DNA of 64,000 nt from Vicinamibacterales bacterium (GTDB lineage: Bacteria; Acidobacteriota; Vicinamibacteria; Vicinamibacterales; UBA8438), in assembly GCA_965205435.1 (NCBI GenBank), contig CBDBHJ010000006.1:217251-281250 (forward strand), read 5' to 3'. The position numbers were made by a program, and so were the translations under genes. Shown here piece after piece: positions 25,021 to 34,764 of the stretch. Within the stretch, counting starts at the first letter, position 1, and the number at the start of each line of letters is the position of its first letter. The notes beneath the pieces were generated by a model. It was given only the letters and a program-made list of their open reading frames with translations. It searched no databases and was not told the origin of the DNA.

Positions 25021-26280
25021 CTACGGTGCGCCCTCGAACGCTCGAGCGATCTCGGTGACCGCAGCATCGAAGATCTCGAATGCGCCGCTGACCTGTTGCT
25101 TGTTTCCGAGATCGCCGTACCAGTCCAGCAGATACGCCGCGCGGACGAGATGACGGACGGCGATCCGTAATTCGTTTTGTCGGCGCGTCGGCAGGCTCTC
25201 GAGGTCAGTCCGTGTCTCCAGCTCGAGCGCCAGGGCCTTCCCCTGCAACGCAGGAATAAAGACCTCGGTGAACCGACCCGCAGTCACAAGCTCCCGCAGC
25301 TCCTGAGCGCGAATACCGATCTCCGAGACCAGTTCGCTCGTCAGCTGTGGGATCTCCGGCTGAATTCGGGTGGCGAGCGGGACCGCAGCGTCGGTGCCCT
25401 CCGCAGTCAAACTGATGGCTGGCGTCACGGAGTCGCTGGAATACTCCGAGAAGATGAAATCAAACCGCTCTTCCGGAAACTCCTCGCCACCGACGCCGAA
25501 GGCCACCTTGGCGATAATGTCCGTCGGGGCTGGCAGAGCGCCGACGACCGCCTCGAGAAAGTTTCCGTCGGGGCTGGGTATCAGGTCGAAGGCTACGACC
25601 TCCGTGAACTCGTCGGTGTCGGCGTCGTACTCCTCTTCGAGCACCGCGCGCCCACCCCACTCGCTCATATTGACCGGCTCGCGGAAGTTGTCGGTGGCGT
25701 AGAGGCGGAAGATCCCGGCCTCCGGATACGTTCCCTCAATATGATGAAAACTGTCGGGCGCCATGAAGACCGTGCCACCATGTCTCGGTGAGTGGTCCAT
25801 GTGCGCCCCGGGCGCGGCGTCGACGACACCGCATGTCAGCATCACCGAGCCGTAGTACGGGTTTCGGACCGGCCCGTCGGCCTGGATCCAGTTCGAACCA
25901 CCGTCGTACATCGGACAATACGCGCGCGCGTAACCCGCTGGGAGCTCCTGGGCGGCCAGATACTCCGACAGCGGCTTGAAGCGAGCACGCATCGTCGCGA
26001 TGTCCGCGGCGCTGGCCGCAGACCGAACCAGCGGAGAGGTCGTCGCGTCTGCGATCGTCAGCAGGTCCCGAAGTGCGGTTCTGGCGTCGTCAACGTTGTC
26101 AGCCGCCAACGCCACCTGCGCACTGACATACTGCGCGATTTGGGTTTCCAAGTCAGCCGGGGTCGCGGGGGCTGGCGCGGGGGTTGTGTCCGGGGCCTGA
26201 CGTGTCGCACATGCCGATAGCAGCACGAGGCAGAGGCACCCAAAGAATCCAGCAGAGGGTCTCGGTCCAACCATACGCAT
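25021..26280 (-). CDS. lipoprotein with DUF3347-like helical region and a CPM-type metal-binding-like motif
   Basis: Lipobox LLSAC (start at MRMVGP, 26280). Helical N-terminal region, YCPMYDGG...MLTCG motif, and His-rich HMDHSPRHGG...FHHIEG. The 26427 start is an extension. Confidence 0.45.
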   Translation of the reverse strand: MRMVGPRPSAGFFGCLCLVLLSACATRQAPDTTPAPAPATPADLETQIAQYVSAQVALAADNVDDARTALRDLLTIADATTSPLVRSAASAADIATMRARFKPLSEYLAAQELPAGYARAYCPMYDGGSNWIQADGPVRNPYYGSVMLTCGVVDAAPGAHMDHSPRHGGTVFMAPDSFHHIEGTYPEAGIFRLYATDNFREPVNMSEWGGRAVLEEEYDADTDEFTEVVAFDLIPSPDGNFLEAVVGALPAPTDIIAKVAFGVGGEEFPEERFDFIFSEYSSDSVTPAISLTAEGTDAAVPLATRIQPEIPQLTSELVSEIGIRAQELRELVTAGRFTEVFIPALQGKALALELETRTDLESLPTRRQNELRIAVRHLVRAAYLLDWYGDLGNKQQVSGAFEIFDAAVTEIARAFEGAP

Positions 26281-26410
26281 CCGTCCCGGTGGTGGGTAGC
26301 ACAAGTGCCAACTCGAACCGCGGCGATCGACTCGAAAACGAGTATACAACCCTGAAATCTTGGGACGCAACGCAGCCGAGCACAGCACCGGCTGGTGTAC
26401 CGTAGAGTCG

Positions 26411-27298
26411 ATGGCTGGCTCGAACATTGCGTTGCTAGAGGCGTATCTTGACGAGTTGCGCGGTGTTCGCCGGTTGTCGCCAAATACGATCGAGAGCTAC
26501 AATCGCGACCTCGCCGGCCTGCTGCGGTTTGCTGCTCGGCGTCGGGTCGTGACGCTGACGCGGTCGGATCTCGAGGCCTTCGTCCGGCAACTGATGGAGG
26601 CCGGTCTCTCTCCGCGGTCCGTCGCCCGAGCGGTGGCATCTGTGCGGGGCTTCTTCCGATTCCTCGTGCGTGACGGGCATCTTCGCCAGAACCCAGCTGA
26701 TGAGCTGCGGGCGCCGCGCGCGTGGCCGAGTCTTCCGAGATTCCTCTCCTGCGATCAAGTAGACCAATTGCTTGAGGAGCCAGATACGTCGACCCCGATC
26801 GGTCTTCGAGACCGTGCGCTGCTCGAGTTGCTCTATGCCACCGGCATGCGGGTCTCAGAACTGGTGTCCGTCAGGCCAGCGGATCTGAATCTCAAAGCCG
26901 GGTATCTCACCTGTATGGGCAAGGGGTCAAAAGAGCGATTAGTACCGATCGGCCGTCCTGCGGTCGCGTGGATCCGTGGGTACGCGCGCACGTCCCGCCC
27001 GGCTCTCGCCGCGCCAGACTCGCCGTGGCTATTCGTCAACGCACGCGGTGGTCACCTGAGTCGGGTGGGCTTCTGGAAGATTCTGAAGAAGTATGCCAAG
27101 CAGGCCGGTCTCCCATATGAGCTGAGCCCCCACGTCTTACGCCACTCGTTTGCCACCCACCTCCTCGAGCGGGGGGCCGATCTGCGTTCGATCCAGATCC
27201 TGCTGGGTCATGCCGACCTCTCGACGACCCAGATCTACACCCACATACTCGAGGCGCGTCTGAAGGCCGTCTACGATGAGTTCCACCCACGTTCGTAA
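26411..27298 (+). CDS. xerD: tyrosine recombinase XerC/XerD family
   Basis: RD.ALLELLYATGMRVSEL, GKGSKERLVPIG, HVLRHSFATHLLERGADLRSIQILLGHADLSTTQIYTH. Choosing XerD over XerC is uncertain. Confidence 0.8.
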   Translation: MAGSNIALLEAYLDELRGVRRLSPNTIESYNRDLAGLLRFAARRRVVTLTRSDLEAFVRQLMEAGLSPRSVARAVASVRGFFRFLVRDGHLRQNPADELRAPRAWPSLPRFLSCDQVDQLLEEPDTSTPIGLRDRALLELLYATGMRVSELVSVRPADLNLKAGYLTCMGKGSKERLVPIGRPAVAWIRGYARTSRPALAAPDSPWLFVNARGGHLSRVGFWKILKKYAKQAGLPYELSPHVLRHSFATHLLERGADLRSIQILLGHADLSTTQIYTHILEARLKAVYDEFHPRS

Positions 27299-27569
27299 TG
27301 GAGGGTCCACACGATTCGGAAGAGAAGGTCTGTGCCGCGCCGCCCGGCTCCAGAGGCGCGATGAGAAGATCATGCGGACAGGCCGCGAAGGTCCAAGCGC
27401 GCGGCAGGTCAGCCGATTGACCGGTCTGTTGTCCCTCTGCTACCGTTAGCCGGCTCTGGGCTTGGTCCGGTCTCCGACGATGTGATCGCTGCCCATTCCG
27501 AAACCGGGCGTCCGGGACTTCAGTCCGACCGCTATATCCGAACGCTCAACCCAAAGGAGTTTTGTTCGT

Positions 27570-28721
27570 ATGCGCCGAACAGGCCGTTATCTGTTTACGT
27601 CCGAGTCTGTGACCGAAGGTCATCCGGACAAGATCGCCGACCAGGTGTCGGACGCCGTACTCGATGCCGTCCTGCGCAATGACCCGATGGGTCGAGTCGC
27701 GTGTGAAACGCTGCTCACGACAGGGTTGATCGTGCTGGCGGGTGAGATCACATCGAGTCACTCCTGTGACTATGCCGAGGCGGCACGACAGGCGGTTCGA
27801 GAGGTCGGCTACACCCGCGCCAAGTTTGGCTTCGACGCCGACACGTGCGCCGTGCTGTCAGCCCTGCACGGACAGTCGCCGGACATCGCGATGGGGGTCG
27901 ACCCCGGCGGCGCGGGAGACCAGGGGCTGATGTTTGGGTATGCCTGCACCGAAACCCAGGAGCTGATGCCGCTGCCGATCATGATCGCCCATCGCCTCGT
28001 GCGTGGCTTGTCAGAGGCACGCCGGACGGGCGGGCTCGACTACTTACGGCCCGACGGGAAGTCGCAGGTGACGGTCGAATACGAAGGTGATACGCCTATT
28101 CGGATCGACGCCGTCGTCGTCTCGTCTCAGCACAGCGATAGCGTGTCCAGCGAGCAGATTCGCGAAGACCTCACGACCCAGGTCATCCGGAAAATCGTTC
28201 CGGCCGCGCTGCTCGATGCGAACACCAAGATCTATGTGAACCCGACCGGACGTTTTGTGACCGGCGGTCCGCACGGAGACTCGGGACTCACCGGTCGCAA
28301 GATTATCGTCGACACCTACGGCGGGATGGCGCCACATGGGGGCGGAGCATTCTCCGGTAAGGACTCGACCAAGGTCGATCGGTCAGCATCCTACATGGCT
28401 CGCTACATCGCCAAGAACTGCGTGGCGGCGGGTCTGGCCGACCGGGTTCAGGTTCAGCTGGCCTACGCGATCGGCGTTGCCGATCCGGTGTCGGTGCTGG
28501 TCGAGACGTTCGGAATGGGGAAGATCGAAGAGGCGAAGATGTCGAGTCTCGTCCGCGAGCATTTCGAGTTGACGCCCAAGGGGATTATCGAATCGCTGGA
28601 TCTCCGGCGCCCGATCTATCGCCAGACCGCTGCGTTTGGTCACTTCGGCAGAACCGAACCGGAGTTCACGTGGGAGCACACCGACAAGGCCGACGCGCTC
28701 TGCACCGCTGCCGGCCTATAA
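27570..28721 (+). CDS. metK: S-adenosylmethionine synthetase
   Basis: [47 protein letters not shown] canonical AAAGGAG SD lies upstream. Confidence 0.95.
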   Translation: MRRTGRYLFTSESVTEGHPDKIADQVSDAVLDAVLRNDPMGRVACETLLTTGLIVLAGEITSSHSCDYAEAARQAVREVGYTRAKFGFDADTCAVLSALHGQSPDIAMGVDPGGAGDQGLMFGYACTETQELMPLPIMIAHRLVRGLSEARRTGGLDYLRPDGKSQVTVEYEGDTPIRIDAVVVSSQHSDSVSSEQIREDLTTQVIRKIVPAALLDANTKIYVNPTGRFVTGGPHGDSGLTGRKIIVDTYGGMAPHGGGAFSGKDSTKVDRSASYMARYIAKNCVAAGLADRVQVQLAYAIGVADPVSVLVETFGMGKIEEAKMSSLVREHFELTPKGIIESLDLRRPIYRQTAAFGHFGRTEPEFTWEHTDKADALCTAAGL

Positions 28722-28745
28722 ACTGAACCCCAACAGGGACAGGAG

Positions 28746-30452
28746 ATGGACACCCGGGGCAAGTGGGTCCTGACGGCGGTCGTCTGCGGGCTGGCCGCGT
28801 TCGCCTGGGTACTGGTGACGCTCCCACCTCGCCCTCAGGTGGTCGACCGGTCCGACCCGCTGCTCGAGTCGGCGGCGACGGTTGCAGGGGCGTTTCACAT
28901 CCACACCACACGGTCCGACGGCGGGGGATCGGTAGACGACGTCGCCCGCGCCGCTGCCCAGGGCGGGCTCCAGTTCCTCATCGCCACTGACCACGGAGAC
29001 GGTACCCGCCCCCCCGATCCTCCGCAGTATCGGTCTGGCGTGCTGACCATCGACAGCGTCGAGATCAGTACGGCCGGTGGCCATTACATCGCCGTTGGTC
29101 TCCCACAAACGCCGTATCCGTTGGGTGGCGAACCCGACACGGTGGTCGAGGACGTACGTCGGCTGGGTGGGTTTGGTGTGGTCGCGCACCCGACGTCTCC
29201 AAAGACCGGTCTGGGCTGGCGCGACTCCGGGCTGGCCGTCGATGCGGTCGAATGGCTCAATGCCGATAGCGAGTGGCGGGATGAATCGCGTCTACGTTTG
29301 TTGACGTCCGCCGTGCGGTACCCACTCCGGCCCAGCGAGACACTCGCATCGTTGCTGAATCGGCCGGATGACGCGCTCGCCGTGTGGGACCGCGCGTCGC
29401 GGCGTCGCCAGACGGTCGGGCTCGCCGGTCACGACGCGCACGGTCGGGTCGCGACCGGAACACCCGAAGAGGGACGTGTGTCGTTGGGGTTGGCGTTTCC
29501 CGACTACGTCGATCTTTTGCGAACCTTCTCTTTACGTGTGGAGCTCGACAGGCCGTTCACCGGCGACGCTCTTTCGGATGCCGAGCTCCTTCTCAACGCG
29601 ATCCGTGCGGGGCGAACGTACACGGTTGTCGACGCGCTGGCTTCACCTGCGGCGTTTCAGTTCGAGGCGATCGGATCGGCGCGGACCTACTCGATGGGGG
29701 AGAGGGTCCCTGCCGGAACGGCCGTGGAGTTTCGAGCGGCAGCGGCGGCGCCGCCGGGCACCGACATCGTGCTCCTGGCGAATGGTCGGACCGTTCACAC
29801 GGTCACCGACGAGGAGCTTCGCTATCGTGTGGACCAACCGGCCGTCTATCGGGTCGAAGTTCGGGTGAACGGCGTTGCAGGAGAGGCAGTGCCGTGGATT
29901 GTTGGCAACGCCATTATCGTCGGTGATCCCCCGGTCGAGCCTCCACCGCATCCGCGCACTCCAACCGCACGGCGCACGCTGATGGGTCGGACCAAGGCCC
30001 AGGGCGGAGTCTGGTCCGTGGAACACGATCCGAACAGTGCCGCGGAGGTCACGACGGACTCAGGCCGGATGCTGTTTCGTTATCGACTCTCCGATTCAGC
30101 GACAGGAAGTCCGTATGCGGCGGCAATGCGACCGGTCCAGGGTGCCACACTGGAGGCGTTCGACGGCGTGGTGTTCAATATCGTCGCCGATCGACCGGTG
30201 CGGCTCTTCGTGCACCTCCGGGCCGGGGCGCTCGCCGCGGAGTACCGATGGCGACGGTCGTTCTACGCTGACACCGTGCCACGCAGAGTGACCCTCGCGT
30301 TTGATGACTTCGACCCGGTGGATCCCGGTCCGAATGGCAGGGTAGACCGCACCGCGATCGACTCACTTCTTCTGGTGGCTGAACTGGCCAACGCACGGCC
30401 CGGAAGTGCTGCGGCGGTGACGGTGCGCCGGCTCCGTCTCGAACGCTGGTGA
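28746..30452 (+). CDS. membrane-anchored PHP-domain metallohydrolase-like protein
   Basis: N-terminal TM segment. PHP signature FHIHTTRSDGGGS...FLIATDHGDG. Long beta-rich C-terminal region of unknown function. Confidence 0.65.
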   Translation: MDTRGKWVLTAVVCGLAAFAWVLVTLPPRPQVVDRSDPLLESAATVAGAFHIHTTRSDGGGSVDDVARAAAQGGLQFLIATDHGDGTRPPDPPQYRSGVLTIDSVEISTAGGHYIAVGLPQTPYPLGGEPDTVVEDVRRLGGFGVVAHPTSPKTGLGWRDSGLAVDAVEWLNADSEWRDESRLRLLTSAVRYPLRPSETLASLLNRPDDALAVWDRASRRRQTVGLAGHDAHGRVATGTPEEGRVSLGLAFPDYVDLLRTFSLRVELDRPFTGDALSDAELLLNAIRAGRTYTVVDALASPAAFQFEAIGSARTYSMGERVPAGTAVEFRAAAAAPPGTDIVLLANGRTVHTVTDEELRYRVDQPAVYRVEVRVNGVAGEAVPWIVGNAIIVGDPPVEPPPHPRTPTARRTLMGRTKAQGGVWSVEHDPNSAAEVTTDSGRMLFRYRLSDSATGSPYAAAMRPVQGATLEAFDGVVFNIVADRPVRLFVHLRAGALAAEYRWRRSFYADTVPRRVTLAFDDFDPVDPGPNGRVDRTAIDSLLLVAELANARPGSAAAVTVRRLRLERW

Positions 30453-30468
30453 AGCGACGGTGCGGACC

Positions 30469-32790
30469 TCAGGTTCGCACCGTCAGCAACAGGTACGTTG
30501 CGGATGCACCGAAGAGGAGGTTGGGTGCCCACGCCGCGAGCATCGGCGCCAGCAGGCCGGCACTGCCAATCGCCCCAAAGACGCTCATCACGATCCAGTA
30601 CGAGCAGGCGATGGAGATACCGACGCCAACACCGTACAACGCACCGCGCGGACCCATGGTGACGGCAAACGGGACGGCGATCAGCGTCAGCACCAGCGTG
30701 ACGAACGGAAACGAGATCTTGCGGTGCAACGCCACGACAAGTTGGACAACGTCGAAACCGCTGGCGCTCAGCTCATCCACGTAGGTACCAAGCTCGCGTA
30801 CGTTCATCAATTCGGCGTCCGGTGGCTCCGTCTCGAAGTAATCCGGCGGCTCGAGGAATGCCAGAGGCTGCACCTCGCTCGTGACCAGCGCGCTGCCATC
30901 GTCGGCTGTAGAGACAAGATCTCGCACCCACACTCGCTCGCCGTTCCATATGCCTCGTCCCTCCGCGAACGTCGCGTGCTCGACAAAGGTTCGTCGCACC
31001 AGGTGCCACGGGCGTCCGCGGAAGTCATAGACCGACAGGCTTCCGAATTCGTCGCGCTCGGGCTCGAACGACAGATAGTGATAGATCGACCCGTTCTTAC
31101 CGACGACCCATCGCCGGTTCATCACGTCGACGGTGTTGGGGGTGCCGATTCGAATCTCGTGGTTGATCGCCTCGGCGCGGCGATTGGCGCGCGCGAGGAT
31201 GCTTTCGCTCATGCCAAAGAGCACGCCGCTCCAGACGAGACTAATCACAAAGATCGGGAGAGCGGCTCGGTACAAACTGATCCCGCACGCCTTCATCACG
31301 GTGAGCTCACTGCTCCGGGTCAACAGGCCGACCGTGACCAGGGTGGCGACCAGTGCGGCGATCGGAAGGACGTAGTAGGCGAACTGTGGCGTCGCGTACC
31401 AAAAGTACTCCAGTAGACGGAAGCCGGTCGTCTCACCCTTGAACAGCTTGTCCGAGAGATCGATGAAGGTCGAGATATAGAAGATACCGAGCAGGCCGAC
31501 GAAGGCGAGTCCAGCGACACCCAGGTAAACCCTGATGACATACCAGTCGAGGATGTGGAGCTTGACCCGGCCCAGCTGCGGGGCTGTGGAGCCGGCAAGC
31601 GATACCTTCGTCTTATGTTCGTTTCCTGTCGGATCCTCAACCGTCGGTACCCGTCTGGGGAGAAACGGAAGGAGGATGCGTCGCTCCACGGAGCGCGACC
31701 GCCAGACAACGAGACCGACCCCAAAAAGGCCGAGCAGGATATTCGGTAACCACATCGCCAGCTGTGGCGACACCAGCGCACCCTTGGCCATGGCCTCGGC
31801 GCCATACATGATGACGTAGTACGCAAAGATGACCCCGGTTCCCAGTGCGAAGCTGGCGAGCTTGCCATCCTTTCGGCTCGTCACGCCTAACCCCAGCGCG
31901 ATCAGGATGAAGACCAGACAGGCCACCGGGATCGAGAACTTCCGATGGATTTCCATGACCGGTCGGTGAGGCGAGAGACCAGCCGCCGTCATTCGGTCGG
32001 CCTCGTCCTGCAGCTGCGCGACCGACAGCTCGCGGTAGCCGCGCTGCGGACCGGTACGAGGGAAGACGGTGTCAGAGTCCAGCCCGATCACGATCTCGTC
32101 AAAGTCGTGTACTTCGTAGGTCTCGGGCTCGGATGGGTCGACTTGATGTCCGCTGCCCTTGGTCAGGACAATATCAACCCGCCGCTGTTCACTGTCGAGC
32201 ACGACCCGACCGTGCTCGGCGACATAGATATCGGGCTGTTCAGATGCCCGTGTGTCGGCCAGCAGGACGTCCGACCACCCGTCGCCAGTCGTCGAGACCT
32301 CCCGCACATACAGGACGACGTTGGGAAAGTACTCGTCGAATACACGCGGCCTGATCTCGCCTTCGGCCCGATTGGCGACCGTCCGAAACGTGATCTCCCG
32401 GAAGGCCTGGTTCGCGTCTGGCAGGGCAGTGATCAGGACAAACGCCGTGGCCAGCGTCGACACCACCCCCAGCAATGTGAGTGGAACGATCATCCGGAAG
32501 AGGCTCACGCCGCAAGCCTGCAACGCCACTGTTTCCCGGTCGCTCGAGAGCCGACCCAATCCCATCAACACCCCAAGCAGCAAGGCGATCGGGATCGTGA
32601 TGCCGAGGCCCTGTGGGATCAGGGTCGCCATCAGCTTCACAATCGTCATCGCATCGACGCCCTTCGAGATCAGCTCCTCGGCCACCTCCATGATGGGAGG
32701 AATCATCAGCAGGAACGTGAACACGAAGAGCGCCAGGAAGAACGGCGGGATGACCTCGCGAAGGATATAGCGGTCGATGATACGCAGCAT
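30469..32790 (-). CDS. fused LptF-LptG LPS export permease
   Basis: One uninterrupted 773-aa ORF. The N-terminal half starts MLRIIDRYILREV (LptF/YjgP-type). The second half starts LHILDWYVIRVYL (LptG/YjgQ-type). Each half has its own TM set and periplasmic insert. Confidence 0.8.
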   Translation of the reverse strand: MLRIIDRYILREVIPPFFLALFVFTFLLMIPPIMEVAEELISKGVDAMTIVKLMATLIPQGLGITIPIALLLGVLMGLGRLSSDRETVALQACGVSLFRMIVPLTLLGVVSTLATAFVLITALPDANQAFREITFRTVANRAEGEIRPRVFDEYFPNVVLYVREVSTTGDGWSDVLLADTRASEQPDIYVAEHGRVVLDSEQRRVDIVLTKGSGHQVDPSEPETYEVHDFDEIVIGLDSDTVFPRTGPQRGYRELSVAQLQDEADRMTAAGLSPHRPVMEIHRKFSIPVACLVFILIALGLGVTSRKDGKLASFALGTGVIFAYYVIMYGAEAMAKGALVSPQLAMWLPNILLGLFGVGLVVWRSRSVERRILLPFLPRRVPTVEDPTGNEHKTKVSLAGSTAPQLGRVKLHILDWYVIRVYLGVAGLAFVGLLGIFYISTFIDLSDKLFKGETTGFRLLEYFWYATPQFAYYVLPIAALVATLVTVGLLTRSSELTVMKACGISLYRAALPIFVISLVWSGVLFGMSESILARANRRAEAINHEIRIGTPNTVDVMNRRWVVGKNGSIYHYLSFEPERDEFGSLSVYDFRGRPWHLVRRTFVEHATFAEGRGIWNGERVWVRDLVSTADDGSALVTSEVQPLAFLEPPDYFETEPPDAELMNVRELGTYVDELSASGFDVVQLVVALHRKISFPFVTLVLTLIAVPFAVTMGPRGALYGVGVGISIACSYWIVMSVFGAIGSAGLLAPMLAAWAPNLLFGASATYLLLTVRT

Positions 32791-32978
32791 GCGCGATGAC
32801 TTCCGTGACTGAAAGGATTCTACCGCGTTCCCTGTAGAGGAAATCGGAATCGGTGGAAAGTTCCGTATGGAAGGCAGAACACGGGAGGCCTAGGAGCCAC
32901 GAGGAACCGATTTAGCCAGGCCCATTTCCTGAGTTTTAGTGGGTCCAATAATGGGTGTTATGTTAACCTAACGACGGA

Positions 32979-33797
32979 TCACCGCGAACGGAGCTCCTCG
33001 AGAATGTCCTCGAGAGCCTTGATGAGCTCACCTTTACCGACTTTCGCCTTCCGAAACCTGAGCTGCAGCTTGAACGCTTTGGATGGCGCCGCATACTTGA
33101 AGACGTAGGCGTTCGGCCGCCCTCGCGCCGGTGCGGCAGTCGCCTTTCTCGCCTCAGCCCTTGTGATGCCACCGGCGCGGGTGATCTGCTCGACGAACTT
33201 CAACATCGCTTTCTCGTCTGCCTGACGTGCGACCTGCAGCAGCACCGACTTGGAGTTGATCTCGGCCAGCCGACACAAACTCTTGACCTCGTCCGGCATC
33301 GCATTGAGGGTGAGTGACTCGGTAATCGACGTTCGCGACTTTCCAAGCCGTCTGGCGAGCTCTTCATGGGTATAGTTGAAGGTGTCGCCAAGAGACTGAA
33401 TCGCGTCAGACTCCTCGAATGGGGTCAGGTCCTTACGCTGAATGTTCTCGATCAGCGCGATCTCAATCAGCTCGCCGTCGTCGACGTCTCTGATGATGAC
33501 CGGGACCTCCCGAACGCCCACCTGAACGGCCGCCTGGTAGCGACGTTCCCCAGCGATGATCTGGAAGCGGTCCACACGTTGGCGAACGATGAGCGGCTCG
33601 ATAATGCCCTTCTCGACGATCGACGCCATCAGCTCGGATAGGTCGCCCATGACCTGCCGCGGCTGATCAGGGTTTGGGTCAAGCTGATCAATTGGAATCA
33701 GTCGTCCAACCGGCGCTCCGGACGAGGCTGCCAGGGCATCGACGTAGTGTGCGTCATGACGCATTCCAACGGTTTGCGGAAGTCCCCGCCTAGGCAC
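32979..33797 (-). CDS. parB: chromosome partitioning protein ParB
   Basis: ParB-box motifs LIPIDQLDPNPDQPRQ, GIIEPLIVRQ, IIAGERRYQAA, plus an HTH region. Overlaps parA by 8 nt. Confidence 0.9.
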   Translation of the reverse strand: MPRRGLPQTVGMRHDAHYVDALAASSGAPVGRLIPIDQLDPNPDQPRQVMGDLSELMASIVEKGIIEPLIVRQRVDRFQIIAGERRYQAAVQVGVREVPVIIRDVDDGELIEIALIENIQRKDLTPFEESDAIQSLGDTFNYTHEELARRLGKSRTSITESLTLNAMPDEVKSLCRLAEINSKSVLLQVARQADEKAMLKFVEQITRAGGITRAEARKATAAPARGRPNAYVFKYAAPSKAFKLQLRFRKAKVGKGELIKALEDILEELRSR

Positions 33798-34548
33798 GGT
33801 CCATCACCTCCTCGCACAATCTGTAATAGTCGGCGGCGCCGGTCGAATCGGGTGCAAAGCTGAAGATCGCCTCCCGGTAGGCCGGGCTTTCTTCGAGTCG
33901 GACGTTCTTGGAGATCACCGTATCAAACACCTTCGCGCCGAACACCTTTTGAATCTGATGCTGGATATCACGCGCCAGCGACGTTCGTCGGTCGTGCATC
34001 GTAATCAACACGCCAAGAATCTGCAGGCCGGTGTTCGCTCTGGACCGGACCTTTTCGATCGTTTCAAGGAGGTCGTCAGTTCCTTCAAGTGCGAAGTACG
34101 ATGACTGAATCGGAATGAGCAGATGGGTCGCGGCGACGAGAGCGTTGACGGTCAGGAGACCCAGTGTTGGTGGGCAGTCGATCACCACGTACGGGAATCG
34201 CTCTCGAATGGGCTCGATCCGGTCCTTGAGACGGAAGTGTGCGTCGAGTTCTCCGATCAACCGCGCCTCGAGCTTGGCGAGCGAAATGCGCGCCGGCGCG
34301 ACCCAGAGGTTTTCTTGATTCAACGCCGGCTTGACAACCTCCTCGAGCGCGCAGGTTGGATCGGCGATCACATCGAAGATGCTTCGGTCGAGCGCCTCTC
34401 GCTCGACGAACGAGAGGGTACTGTTCGCCTGAGGGTCGAGGTCAATCAGAAGCGTCGGCTTGCCGCGAAGGGCAAGCGCGGACGCCAGATTGATCGCGGT
34501 CGTCGTCTTGCCGACTCCGCCCTTCTGGTTGGCAATCGCGACGATCAT
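33790..34548 (-). CDS. parA: chromosome partitioning ATPase ParA/Soj
   Basis: Deviant Walker A IANQKGGVGKTTTAINLA, and 252 aa of typical ParA length. Confidence 0.92.
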   Translation of the reverse strand: MIVAIANQKGGVGKTTTAINLASALALRGKPTLLIDLDPQANSTLSFVEREALDRSIFDVIADPTCALEEVVKPALNQENLWVAPARISLAKLEARLIGELDAHFRLKDRIEPIRERFPYVVIDCPPTLGLLTVNALVAATHLLIPIQSSYFALEGTDDLLETIEKVRSRANTGLQILGVLITMHDRRTSLARDIQHQIQKVFGAKVFDTVISKNVRLEESPAYREAIFSFAPDSTGAADYYRLCEEVMDRA

Positions 34549-34733
34549 CGAACCGCTGTACCGTGACTTGTCATTGGGTCATTGTGTGGGACAAGCGCGT
34601 TGCTTGGGTCGTTGGTCAAGGCCCGGCTATTCTAGGAATGCGCGGGAGGCGCTGTCAAGAACGATGAGACCGTGGGTAAGATGACCTGATATAAAGATCG
34701 GTATCAAGTCGTTGAAAATGTACGGCTTAGTCA

Positions 34734-34755
34734 GATTGTCGGCCGGCCGACAATC
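34734..34755 (-). terminator. perfect 22-nt GC-rich palindrome, possible terminator hairpin
   Basis: GATTGTCGGCCGGCCGACAATC begins 10 nt downstream of the stop of the 34765-35250 gene. No adjacent U-tract. Confidence 0.35.
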
Positions 34756-34764
34756 GATGCCTCT

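Noticed and set aside
27299-27569. Possible SAM riboswitch in the 270-nt region upstream of metK
   Set aside because: I looked for SAM-I/IV core elements (GAGGGA…GCAACC-type), SAM-II/V (AAAGCU pseudoknot) and a terminator, and found none on the + strand. Only short 4-5-bp hairpins are present. A covariance-model scan (Rfam) would settle it, and I cannot support a call.
30460-31416. 318-aa + strand ORF
   Set aside because: It is antisense to the LptG-like half of the fused permease. Its His/Arg/Asp-rich composition is not protein-like.
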